This document shows, piece by piece, positions 42,025 through 52,526 of a DNA stretch of 64,000 nucleotides (position 1 is its first letter; each line of letters opens with the position of its first letter). The translations under genes and the position numbers were made by a program. The notes under the pieces were generated by a model. It was not told the origin of the DNA. It searched no databases and saw nothing but the letters and a program-made list of their open reading frames with translations. This stretch comes from an uncultured delta proteobacterium (GTDB lineage Bacteria; Desulfobacterota; Binatia; UBA9968): NCBI GenBank assembly GCA_963847445.1, contig CAWJZV010000046.1, positions 320,001 to 384,000 of the forward strand, given 5' to 3'.

Positions 42025-43051
42025 TTAACGCGACTTGTAAAGCGCGTCGATAAAGCCGCTGCTGACCAGCTCGCGGATGAAGCGGGATTCGGCAAAACGC
42101 GCCGGCGTGGTGCCGGCCGGGATTGCGCGCGAGGCGGACAATTCTTCGAGAATGGTTTGTATGCCCGCGGCGGTGGCTTCGGGGGCGCGCTTAAAATACT
42201 TGCCGGCATAGATTTCGTAGATTTTCTCCGCCGCCGGCGTGGTCTTTTGCTTGGTATACTTTTCCAGCACCGCCAAGGCCGCCGCCTTGTCGGACTTAAA
42301 GCGGTGAATGCCCTCGACATAGGCTTTCATGAAGCGCGATACCAAGTCTGGCTGGCTCTTCAAAAACGCTTGGCGGGCGGCGAACGGGCCGAAGGGGTAG
42401 ACCAGGCCGGATGTGGAGACATCGGCCAAGCGCACGAAGCCCGAGGCTTCGGCGCTGATGGTTTCGGGACCGGTGGAGAGCACGCCGCTTTGCACCGAGC
42501 CGCCTTTGATCGCGGCGAAGATTTGCGGCCCCGAGCCGGTTTGAAAAATCGCCACGTCTTTGTCCGGCTGCAAATGCCATTTCTTGAGCAAATAGCGGGC
42601 GACGAAATCGGTGGTTGCGCCGATGCGGCTGACGCCGAGTTTGCTGCCTTTCAACTGTTCGGGGGTTTTGATGCGTCGGCACCGACCACAGTTCGAATGG
42701 CAAGGCGTCTATGGTCGCGCCGAGCAGCACTACATCCGAGCCTTGGAGATTGGCCGCCACCGTGGCGCCGCCGGCGGTAAACGAGATCGCCACGTCGCCG
42801 GCGATGAGCGCTTGCAACGACGGCGGTCCGCCGGCGATGTAAATGAACTCGGGCTCGATATTGTATTTCTTAAAGATGCCGGCTTCCTTGGTCAGCCAGA
42901 GCGGGCCGTAGACCACGGCGATCGACGTGTAGGCGATGCGCAACGCTTCCGCGCCCACCGGAGCGGCGCAGGCCAAACCTATCAGGGCCACGGCGATCCA
43001 GGTTCGCGCCGCGGCGAAACTTTGTCCGAGGGTTTTTTCAATTTGGCTCAT
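42025..43051 (-). CDS. NMT1/SsuA-like substrate-binding protein (frameshift)
   Basis: Signal peptide; LRIAYTS; LKGSKLGVSRIG; RELVSSGFIDALYK. Confidence 0.87.
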
Positions 43052-43259
43052 GGAAGATTTCTTTTACGAAATCTGTAGGTTAGATCGCTAGGTCTGTCAA
43101 GTTACGGTGCCATTAATCTCGCCGGGGGTGACCGCTAAGTCCGGGCAAGGGCTGGATAATTTCGTCATTATTCTCGTCCAGGTAAACCTTTGCCCAGGCG
43201 CGCCGTCCAACTCAGTAAGGCGCCTTAATCGAAGACATTTTGAGAAGGAGAATTGAGCA

Positions 43260-43687
43260 ATGAAAAAAGCAATCGTAATTGGTTTAGGTATATTGGTTCT
43301 CGGCAGCGCTGTCCCGGCGATGGCGCATGACTACCGACATTTCGACAGACGCGGCGATCGAATCGACGCGCGGCTGGATGCGTCAGAGGAGATCGGATCA
43401 ACAATCGGCTCGACACCAGGGGTAACAGGATCAACGAGCGGCTCGATGCTAAAGGCGAGCGGATCAACGACCGGCTCGACGCCTTGGCGGCAGAGGCACG
43501 GGCGGAAGGTAAAAATCGGCTGGCCGAGCATCTCGATCGTAAAGGCGATCGCATCGAAGCCGAACTGGACCGTCGCGGTGACAGGATTGAAAACCGTTAC
43601 GACCATCGTGGCGATCGCGCCGACCGCTGGTTCGACCACCGTGGCGACCGGATCAACAGCCGCTTCGATAATTGGCGGAATCTTTAA
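43260..43687 (+). CDS. Secreted protein with 11-residue repeats (frameshifted)
   Basis: RBS aaggag; signal peptide ending AMA; G(D/N/E)RI(N/E)xRLDxR units when the frames are joined. Confidence 0.7.
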
Positions 43688-43743
43688 CCGCTGGTGGGGT
43701 TGGGGCCGTAATTAAGCGGTCTAATAAATTGATAGAGTAGCAT

Positions 43744-43783
43744 AAGCCGCTTTCTCCGCCGGCAACGGAGGAAGCGGCTTTTT
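43744..43783 (+). terminator. Rho-independent terminator
   Basis: aagccgcttt ctccg - loop - cggag gaagcggctt followed by ttt. Confidence 0.7.
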
Positions 43784-43899
43784 ACATTTCTGTCAGTGAG
43801 GCAGGTTGTGCCATGCAGTCGCCCTCACTCCCTTTGACAGGTGCCCCATGACATGCGCACGGTCGGAGGCTCTTCGTCGCTGTCGGCATTGACAGCAAA

Positions 43900-45182
43900 T
43901 TAGCCGCGAAAATATTCTTTGAATCCCGTCACCATCAGATTCGCCAGTGCTTCATTGTAGCTTTCCACATGGCCGTAGTGGGTGAGATTCGGAACCATGA
44001 TCAGGCGCAGCGCGTCGGCGTAGGGTTTGAATCGCTTGAAGGCGTAGACTTCGCGGCGAAACTCCAAACCTTTCTCGCCGCCTTCGATCCAATGGCCTTT
44101 GTCGTATTCGCCGACGATGTGCAGCAGCTTTTTGCCGCGCAAGCGTTCGAGCTGCGACTGATAAGTGATAAACAGTTCGTCATCGGCCAACCCTGACATT
44201 TTCTTGATGTCCGGAAGCAGCACGTCGTGGGCGCTATGCTCGATGTCTTGCAGGAAAGGCTTGAACTGCGGCCGCCGGTGATTTTCCAGCTCGAACCATT
44301 TCTCGACGCTGCCCCAGGGTTGGTTCGGTCCAACGTAGCCGCTTTTGGCGTAGCCTTTGGGCGAGCGCCGGCTCAGATCGGTGAGATTGCGAAACGGCGC
44401 GGCGCGTTCTTCCGGCGATTTATCGGCGCAGGCGAGATCCCATTCTTTGCGCACCCATGCCGGCATGCCGGTGCCAAAGCCGAGGCCGCCGATGAGTTTG
44501 TTCTTGAGACCGTACTGCTCCATCAAGTAAAAATATTCGCCGCCGGTGGAGTGGCCCCACATGAAGATCGATTCTTGCAGGTTCTTCTCGACCAGCGCCT
44601 TGACCGCTTCGGTGCACATTCTAAACGTGTAGACGGCCAAGCGGTTGCGCAGTTCGGCATCGCTGGGAATCTGGCCAATGATAAATTCCGGCCGCCGTTC
44701 GGGAATCGGCGCCCAAGGCTTGGCGCTGTAGTGGCCGGGCAGGGAGATCGCCAGCACGGGAATGCCCAACGACGCGATATGTTGGGCGACGCCGACGCGC
44801 GCCTTCTTCGGGTCGGTTTGGCTCAAGATCGGGATAGGTCTTCGGGACCGTCGGGGGTGAAAATAAACTCATATTCATTGGCCGCGCCGCCGTGGATCAT
44901 CACCACGGCGGTGTCCGGGATCGATACTTTGGCCGGGGTAAACAACCGGCCATGAATATCCCAACGAAACAGCTCGCCGGGTTCTTCCGGATTGGCATAA
45001 CGCTCGATGGTTTCTTGAACTTCTTTCACACTGACGGCTGTGCGGGGAAAAGGATCGGGGAAGTTTCTGTAGTCGTCGAAGGACATGTAGTAGATGAAAT
45101 CATCTTTCAATCCGGCACCGGTTTTCAGCGCTGCGACCAGTTTGTTCATTGCTTCCATGGCATTTTGGGCATTTTGGCTCAT
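43900..45182 (-). CDS. Alpha/beta hydrolase-like protein (one frameshift)
   Basis: VMIHGG, SLPGH, GHSTGG elbow, VGEYD and THYGH. Confidence 0.7.
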
Positions 45183-45256
45183 GAGACTTTCTCCTACCGT
45201 CGGGAATAATTGTCTTACTGGTTATCTGTGCATGGAACCTCGATGTCAACCCGCGT

Positions 45257-45284
45257 TGGAGTAATGGAATATTGGAATGTTGGG
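45257..45284 (+). repeat. Solo arm of the 8-mer family
   Basis: tggagtaa tggaatat tggaatgt tggg. Confidence 0.7.
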
Positions 45285-45355
45285 CGCGACGCGCAGGGTT
45301 GATGCAGCGAGCGATTACAGTTAAACAACAGACACCACAATCAGGAGGCAGGCAG

Positions 45356-46456
45356 ATGGCAGAAGCAGTCAACCGTCCATCCTATCAATCGGTCGACAGC
45401 AAGGTCGAAATCATGGACACGCCGTACGATCGCTGGATCGCGTCTCAGGGGATCGATATCGTGCGCGGCTTTTTTGTCGAGGATCTATACACGACCCCGC
45501 TCAAATGGTGGGATCGCATCGGCGGCAACGGCGTCTGCATCATGCTCGACGGCGCCGGCTATATGGACGACGCTTATGTCATCGGCATCCCGCCGGGGAA
45601 GAGCCTCAACCCGCAACGCCATATTTACGAGGCGCTGGTCTATGTGCTCGCCGGCCGCGGCGCGACGACGGTGTGGCAGGACAATGGCGCCAAGCAGACT
45701 TTCGAGTGGCAAGCCGGCAGCTTGTTCGCCCTGCCGCTCAACGCCTGGTATCAGCATTTCAACGGCCAGGGCGATCAAGAGGCGCGGCTGTTGTCGGTGA
45801 CCACGGCGCCGCTGATTTTCAATTTGTTCCGCAGCGCCGACTTCGTCACCAACTGTCCCTATTCATTCACCGAGCGGTTCAAGGGCGAAGAAGGATTCTT
45901 CACCGGCGGCGGTAAGCTCTACAGCGACCGGGTGGTCGAGACCAACTTCGTCGCCGATGTCGTCAATATCGAGCCGGTGGAGTGGAGCGAGCGCGGCAAG
46001 GGCAACGCGACGATCTTTTTCGAAATGTCCGAGAGCATGATGGGTTCCCATGTCTCGCGCTTTCCCGTCGGTCTTTACAAAAAAGCCCATCGCCACGGCC
46101 CCGGCGCCCATGTCTTCATCCTCACCGGCAAGGGTTATTCGCTGCTTTGGCCCGAGGGCAAAGAGATGACCCGGGTGGACTGGAAGCCCGGATCGATCGT
46201 CGTGCCGCCGGAGGGCTGGTTCCACCAGCATTTCAATTCCGGCGCCGAGCCGTCGCGATACCTGGCGCTGAAGATTCTTAGCCGCAAGTACAAGCTGCAG
46301 CCCGGCAAGATCCAGTCCGACGTGCCGCTGGCCTATGGCGGCTGGCAGATCGAGTACGAGGACGAAGATCCGCTGATTCGCCAGATCTTCGACGAGGAGT
46401 GCGCCAAGTCGGGAGCCCAGGTGAGGATGCCGCCGGTTGCGCCCAAGGCCAATTGA
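45356..46456 (+). CDS. Bicupin protein (gentisate dioxygenase-like fold)
   Basis: RBS aggagg; QRHIYE...YQHFN and AHRHGPGAH...G.GYS...FHQHFN cupin motifs. Confidence 0.82.
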   Translation: MAEAVNRPSYQSVDSKVEIMDTPYDRWIASQGIDIVRGFFVEDLYTTPLKWWDRIGGNGVCIMLDGAGYMDDAYVIGIPPGKSLNPQRHIYEALVYVLAGRGATTVWQDNGAKQTFEWQAGSLFALPLNAWYQHFNGQGDQEARLLSVTTAPLIFNLFRSADFVTNCPYSFTERFKGEEGFFTGGGKLYSDRVVETNFVADVVNIEPVEWSERGKGNATIFFEMSESMMGSHVSRFPVGLYKKAHRHGPGAHVFILTGKGYSLLWPEGKEMTRVDWKPGSIVVPPEGWFHQHFNSGAEPSRYLALKILSRKYKLQPGKIQSDVPLAYGGWQIEYEDEDPLIRQIFDEECAKSGAQVRMPPVAPKAN

Positions 46457-46520
46457 CAAGCGTCAGGGCTCTTTCTTAATAATACCTACGTAGATTAGTT
46501 GCTTTCTTAAGGAGACACGC

Positions 46521-47351
46521 ATGCTGAAACCGATCGGAATGACCGAAGGACACTATGAATGCCGCTCGCTCGATGAGACGCTGCCGATTTTTACCGAGTT
46601 GCTGGCCGCCGAAGTGATCGAGCGCACCGACAAGCAGGCGGTGGTCAAACATCCCAACACCAAGTGGCGTCTGGTGATTCACGAAGGCGGACCGGACTCG
46701 AAGAATAAGCCGCACACCAATCACTACGGCTTTCGCGTCGGCAGCTCGAAGGAAATCCCGATCGCGCACCAATATATTTCCGACCACAAGGCGCAGTACA
46801 AGATCAAGAGCGTGACGCCGCCGCACGAAGCGCATTTCGCCTACTCGATCTATTTCAAAGAACCGGGCGGCAACGATTTGGAGCTGGAGTATTACAATCC
46901 GGCGGCGATCAAACAGGGCCGGCGCATCGCCGCGCCGCACTGGACCACGCCGCTGCCGGAAGAAAAATTTCCCGGCAGAGGCTATGTGCCCCAGGCGATG
47001 ACCCATGGCACGCTCAACTGCGACGACAAGGAAAAGAGCGATCAGTTTCTCGCCAACGTGCTCGGCCTCGATATCATCGGCGGCGGGCGCACGTCGACCT
47101 ATATCAGCGTGCCGAACATGGGGCCGTGGTACGTGGTGGTGCTGCCGACGACGCACCGCGACTATCTGTCCGAGGCCAACCGATTCACCCTGCAAGTCGC
47201 CAGCCCCGAAGAAGTCGAAGATGCGCACAAAGAATTCTCGAAAAACGGCAAGGAACTCGGCATCCACGATGTCCGCGAATTGCAAACCAATGGCCGCGCC
47301 CATTTTCTCCTGAGCGATATCAATAAGAACTGGTGGGAGATCACGTCGTAG
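46521..47351 (+). CDS. Two-domain VOC family protein
   Basis: RBS aggag; EGHYEC, NHYGFRV, YFKEPGGNDLE; THGTL...DINKNWWEI. Confidence 0.75.
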   Translation: MLKPIGMTEGHYECRSLDETLPIFTELLAAEVIERTDKQAVVKHPNTKWRLVIHEGGPDSKNKPHTNHYGFRVGSSKEIPIAHQYISDHKAQYKIKSVTPPHEAHFAYSIYFKEPGGNDLELEYYNPAAIKQGRRIAAPHWTTPLPEEKFPGRGYVPQAMTHGTLNCDDKEKSDQFLANVLGLDIIGGGRTSTYISVPNMGPWYVVVLPTTHRDYLSEANRFTLQVASPEEVEDAHKEFSKNGKELGIHDVRELQTNGRAHFLLSDINKNWWEITS

Positions 47352-47516
47352 ACTTTATTCGATTTTGAATTCAACGCCGTTAGCAGCGCTGCTGTTAGCG
47401 GCGTTGCTGTTTCTGGCGACCAGCCTGTCCGGCTGCGAAAATCCAAACATTCGACTGGTTTCCTTGACAGTCGTCTGCAATGACCGGATATAGGCCAATC
47501 AAACAAGGAGGTCTTT

Positions 47517-48563
47517 ATGTACAATGGTCCGGTGATCGATGCCGACGGGCATGTCTTGGAGAAAGAAAAATATATCCGCAAGTATCTCGAAAAGCCCTGG
47601 GACAAGCGCTCGACGGCGCTGCGCACGCGCGATCAACCCTGGGATGCCAATCTGTTCGATAGTTTCGAGATGGCGGTGCGCTGGGAAGACTTGTCGCCCA
47701 AGCAGCAGATCGACGAGTGGCATGCGGCGATGGATCGCGAGGGCATGGAGTACGCGATCTGTTTTCCCACCGGTTCGGGCAATGTCTCGAAGCTCCAAGA
47801 GTTGGACTTTGCCCTGGCCATCGCGCGCGCTTCCAACACGCAGTTCGCCAAGGAGTTCAACGCGCACTCGAACCGGGTCAGTTGCGTCGGCGTGCTGCCG
47901 CTGCGCGATCCGCAAAGCGGCGGCAGAGGAGCTGCGCCGCGGCGTGACCGAGCTGGGGTTGAAAGGGTTCGAGATTCTGCCGATGGGATTGCCGATGGCG
48001 CTCGGCAGCACATTTTACGATCCGGTCTATGCCGAGGCGGAGAAACTCGGCGCGGTCATCGGTATCCACGGTTCGCGCAGCAACTCCCATGAACTGGGGG
48101 CCGACAAGTTATCGACCTTTGCCGAAGTGCATTCGTACGCATTTACGGTCGGCCTGTTGCTGCAGTTTACTCATGTCGTCTGCCAGGGTGTGCCGATTCG
48201 TTTCCCCAATTTGAAATTGGCCTTCTTGGAGATCGGCGCCACCTGGCTGCCGTATTATTTGGACCGATTGGATGAGCACTGGGAAAAACGCGCCAAGCAG
48301 GAGATGCCGCTTGCTCAAAGAAAAACCCAGTGATGTCGTGCGCAAGTCGAAGATGTGGTTCAGCCTCGAATCCGGCGAGTCGCTGTTGCCGGAGGCGGTC
48401 AATTACCTCGGCGCCGAACATTTTCTTTACGCCTCGGACATTCCCCACTGGGACAATGAGTTCCCTGGCAATCTTACACGCGTTGCGCAATCATCCGCGC
48501 ATCAGCGACGCCGACAAAGAAAAGATTCTCTACAGCAATGCCAAACAGCTGTTCAACTTGTAA
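47517..48563 (+). CDS. Amidohydrolase family 2 protein (frameshifted)
   Basis: VIDADGHVLE, YDPVYAEAEKL, RFPNLKLAFLE, ASDIPHWD and NAKQLF. Confidence 0.9.
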
Positions 48564-48591
48564 CTGCCTTGCCGGTATCGAGGAGCCTGAG

Positions 48592-49587
48592 ATGAAGATT
48601 CGCGCAGTTCTAACCATTCTCTGGTTAATCGCCGGCGTGATTGTGCCTGTGGCCGCCAGGGCGGCGGATAAACTGGTGGCGCTGTACTCGGCCCACGCGG
48701 TGCCGTACTCGATGCCCTGGGTTGCCGAAGAGCTCGGGTTATTCAAGAAACAGGATATCGATTTCGACTTCGTCTATATTCCTTCATCTTCAACCGCTAC
48801 AGCGGCGATTCTCGGCGGCAATGTCGAAATCGGGCTCTTGGGCGGCGTCGGTATCGTCAATGCTTTCGTCAGTGGCGCGACCGACTTGGCTTTCATCGGC
48901 AGCATCAAGAACATCATGACGCAGAGCATTTTGGCCAAGCCGGAGATCACCCGGCTCGAACAGTTGCGCGGCAAGCGCATCGGCGTCACGCGCATTGGCA
49001 GCAACACCCATTATTTCACGGTCCAAGCGTTTCGCCGCGCGGGGATGAATACGGATAAGGACATCACGTTCATCCAGACCGGCGGCGAAGCGGAAACCGT
49101 CGGCGCGCTAATGTCAGGGCGGATCGATGCCGCGACGCTGTTGCCGCCGAGCGACGGCAGAGCGCTGGCGCTGGGCTTTCGCTATGTCGTGTTCGGCCCG
49201 GATATTGGAATTCCTTACGCCGCTTCGACCATCGCGACGCGGCGCTCGCTCATGGCCAAGCGCGGCCCGGCGATCGGTCGATTCATGCGCGCTATGGCCG
49301 AAGCCTCAAGAGCGATGCACCGCGATAAAGAATTGGTCTTCCGGGTGATGGAGAAAAAACTGCGGATCAAAGATCGCGCGGTGTTGGAAGCCAGTTACGC
49401 CATCGAAATGAAAGTCATGGAACCGCGGCTGGAAATGAAAGCGCCGGCGCTCCAGCCGATGATCGAAGAAGTCGCCCGCACCAATCCGCGCGCCAATGAG
49501 GTCAAGCCCCAGGAGATGATGGACCGGCGCTATTTGGCGGAGATGGAGAGCAGCGGATTCTTCAACCAGCTGTGGGGGAAAAACTAG
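48592..49587 (+). CDS. NMT1/SsuA-like substrate-binding protein
   Basis: RBS gaggag; signal peptide; LEQLRGKRIGVTRIGS; EMESSGFFNQLW. Confidence 0.88.
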   Translation: MKIRAVLTILWLIAGVIVPVAARAADKLVALYSAHAVPYSMPWVAEELGLFKKQDIDFDFVYIPSSSTATAAILGGNVEIGLLGGVGIVNAFVSGATDLAFIGSIKNIMTQSILAKPEITRLEQLRGKRIGVTRIGSNTHYFTVQAFRRAGMNTDKDITFIQTGGEAETVGALMSGRIDAATLLPPSDGRALALGFRYVVFGPDIGIPYAASTIATRRSLMAKRGPAIGRFMRAMAEASRAMHRDKELVFRVMEKKLRIKDRAVLEASYAIEMKVMEPRLEMKAPALQPMIEEVARTNPRANEVKPQEMMDRRYLAEMESSGFFNQLWGKN

Positions 49588-50080
49588 AAATTCAAAATGA
49601 AAAAGTAAAAATTAACAATTGAAACAGGAGCAAGAAATGCCGCGTATATCGACGCCGACCAAAATTACCGATAGAACGTTTGGCTTTGCAATTAACGTTG
49701 TTGAGATATGCCAAGTGCTCGATTTGCAGCCTGGGGTAAGGCGGACGTTGAGCCGGCAGTTGCTTCGCTCTGGCACCTCGGTTGGAGCCAACATCGAAGA
49801 AGCGCAAGCTGGTCAAAGCAAGGCTGATTTTATTAGCAAATGTTCGATCGCGTTGAAAGAATGCCGAGAGACGGCTTATTGGTTGCGGCTTTTGGATGCT
49901 TGCCGACTTTATCACGGTGAAATGCTCAACCCATTGCGCCGAGAAGCAGACGAACTTTGCCGTATTCTCGCTACGATTGTTCTCCGTGCAAAACAGACCA
50001 AGGTTAAGGTGTCATGATATTTTACACGGAATTCCTATTGCCGATCTTAATTTTGCCTTATTAATTTTTACTTTTTAATT
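49588..50080. mobile_element. Candidate small element: AT-rich 7-mer inverted arms around a four-helix-bundle gene
   Basis: Left aaattcaaaatgaaaaagtaaaaattaa; right ttaattttgccttattaatttttactttttaatt; 49600-49615 perfectly complements 50061-50076. Confidence 0.7.
49637..50017 (+). CDS. Four helix bundle protein (23S rRNA IVS protein / Avd-like family)
   Basis: RBS aggag; RTFGFAINVV, QLLRSGTSVGANIEEA, SKADFISK and ALKECRETAYWLRLL. Confidence 0.92.
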   Translation: MPRISTPTKITDRTFGFAINVVEICQVLDLQPGVRRTLSRQLLRSGTSVGANIEEAQAGQSKADFISKCSIALKECRETAYWLRLLDACRLYHGEMLNPLRREADELCRILATIVLRAKQTKVKVS

Positions 50081-51224
50081 ACCTCACGGGCAAATCGCTA
50101 TCTTTTAGGTTAAACCATTTCCGCGCATTCTCACCGAGCACATGACGCAGCTTGTCGTCGGTCATGCCGGGGATTTTTTTCACTTCTTTGACGGAGTCGG
50201 GGAATTCGGAATCCCAGTGGCGGTAGTCCGAGGCGTACATGCACCTGGGTGATGCCGATGTCGTCGAGCACGTAGGGCAGGATGGTTTCTTCCGGCTCGC
50301 AGGTAAAACTGACCTGGCCGCTGCGGATAATTTCCGAGGGTTTGCGCTTGAGCAGCGGCCATTGCGGCCGCAGCTTGTGATAGTGCTCGTCCATCCGTTC
50401 GGACCAGAAGGGCAGCCAACCGCAGGCGCCTTCCATAAACCCGACTTTCAGTTTGGGATAGCGGTCGAAGACGCCTTCGCCGATCATGTGCATGAGCGCG
50501 ATCATCAGCTCGAAGGGAAACGAGGTCATGTGCACGTAGCTGTATTTTTCCATGCGCTCGCTGCCGGCGCCCATGACGCCCCAGACGCCGTATTGGCCGT
50601 CATGTTCGGTTTGCGGATGGACCGACAGCGGGATGTTCATCTCCTGCGCCGCGGCGTATACCGGATCGAACATGCGGTGGCCGAGATTGATGCCGTAGAC
50701 ATTGGTCGGCAGCATGGCGCTGACGACCTGGCGGTGTTGCGCGATGTATTCCAATTCCTTCACCGCGGCTTGGGGATCTTGCACTGGAATCAGGCCGACG
50801 CCTTTGAGGCGCTTGGGATCGGGCGCGAGATATTCTTCAACCAGCCAGCGGTTGACCGCGTGGCAGACCAGCGCGGCCAGCGGTTTGTCCGCCATGCCGT
50901 TGACCGACAGTGCGATGGAGGTTCCGAAGATGACGGCGACGTCGATGCCCTCTTCGTCCATGTCCGGCAGCCGCTTCAATCGGGTCGGTCATGCCGGGAC
51001 GGCTTCTTTCGATGTGTGACGCGAAGACTTCGCCGCGATCCGGGCCGCCGCCCCAGCGCCGTCGCCCGCCCAGGCGGCCTTCGATCATTAGATGATTGTA
51101 GCCGGAGCTATCGGTGACGCGATTGGGCGCGAGATGGGCATACTCTTTGGGCATCCATTTCGCGAAGTTCGTTTTCCGGTTCGTGACAGTGACCGTCGGC
51201 ATCGATGACTAAATAATCTGCCAT
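50079..51224 (-). CDS. Amidohydrolase family 2 protein (frameshifted)
   Basis: VIDADGH, DMDEEGIDVAV, FDPVYAAA, GVFDRYPKLKVGFME, ASDYRHWD and ENARKWF. Confidence 0.88.
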
Positions 51225-51250
51225 AAAGATCTCCTTGTCGATAAAGCGAT

Positions 51251-52360
51251 TTAATCTTTACCTAGTCGGGTTGCGGCTGAATTGCAACTCGAAAGAATCG
51301 GCAGCGCGCTCTTCGTTCCGTCACTAGTAACGCGATTACGATTGCGGTGCGGTGACGGCGAATTCCGTTTCCCTGGCGCGGCAGGCCGAAGCCGCAACGG
51401 GCGGTGAGGTAACGATCGAATTCCTGATCGGTGTGAAACTTGAAGCGCACGGCGCCGGATTGATCCCACAGCTCTTTGGACGGCACTTCACATTGGCGAC
51501 AGCCGCTCGGGCTTGTCGCAATTCGGTGGCGGCATTCCAGCGCTGATCGTCGCTGTCGTGCCGAGCCGGGGATCGGCGCCGCGCGCGTCGGCGCGCACCA
51601 GCACGCCTTGCCCTTGGTAGGTCGACCGCCGGGTATTTGCGGCCCGTCGCGGTCCGGGCTAAGATCCACGGGCGACTCGGTCAATACGCCGCCGCGAATT
51701 TCCTTGGTGACGGCGTTAAACTCGAACTTCTTCGCCGGTGGGGAGAGTCACGATGTTATTGTCGCCGGCGTTGACGATGGCGGGCAAGTAACTGCGCGGA
51801 AAAAAATGCATCAAGCTGTGCATCAACTCGCTCAGGCGAAACACCCGGTCGCGCGACGCCACCCAGTCGGAAATCATCAGATGGATGTCCTGGCGCGCCC
51901 GGTCGTCGAAGCGAAATTGGAAATCACGGGTGAAAAATTGATTCTTGGTCGCATCGCGGCGCGGCGCGAGAATCGGGTTGCCGCCATGATTGGAAAATTC
52001 GAAGCCGACAATTTGACCTTGGCGCGTGCGGCGGTACTGCCAGCTATTGATGAGTTTCGAGTTTGCCGCGCGGGACGACAGCATCGTGCCGTAGTCGATG
52101 TTGCGCGACGCCAGGTCCTTGACCGGAGCGGCGATGAGCGACTCTGGTAAAGTGCGAGCGATCGGCGCTTTGCTGACGACTTCTTGGGGCTTTTCCTGCG
52201 GCTTGGCAGTTTCCACCGGCGCAGCGGGCGCCGGCGGCTGGTGAACTTCTTGACCCAGTTCCGGTGGCGGTTGGGGTTTCGGCAGCGGTGCCGGCGTTTG
52301 GCAGGCGCTGGCGAGCAGCGCTAGGGCGATGCTGACTACAAATATATGGAGCCTCTTCAT
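51251..52360 (-). CDS. Hypothetical lipoprotein with Pro-rich linker (frameshifted)
   Basis: MKRLHIFVVSIALALLASA-C lipobox; coding continues through ORFs 51716, 51262 and 51251. Confidence 0.6.
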
Positions 52361-52526
52361 AGCTAGTTGCGAGTTTAGCATTACCTACGCTGGGCTGCGA
52401 TGCTTTCGCCGGCGCTGCCGCAAACAAAAAGGCGGCGCTGCAGTCGCGGTTGTGACAACCTCGTAACGATTCGGAAGCTTCGGTTTGCGCGTGGCGCGAT
52501 GGCAGCGGTGCAGCTTGGACCAGCGC

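Noticed and set aside
47372-47406. Hairpin caacgccgttagcagc...gctgttagcggcgttg as an attC site or sRNA
   Set aside because: Too short and lacking R/L box spacing; most simply a terminator-like or stabilising stem after the VOC gene.
49637-50017. Diversity-generating retroelement or rRNA intervening sequence
   Set aside because: No reverse transcriptase, TR/VR pair or rRNA in the window; differences between the 26973/28197 repeats are not adenine-specific.
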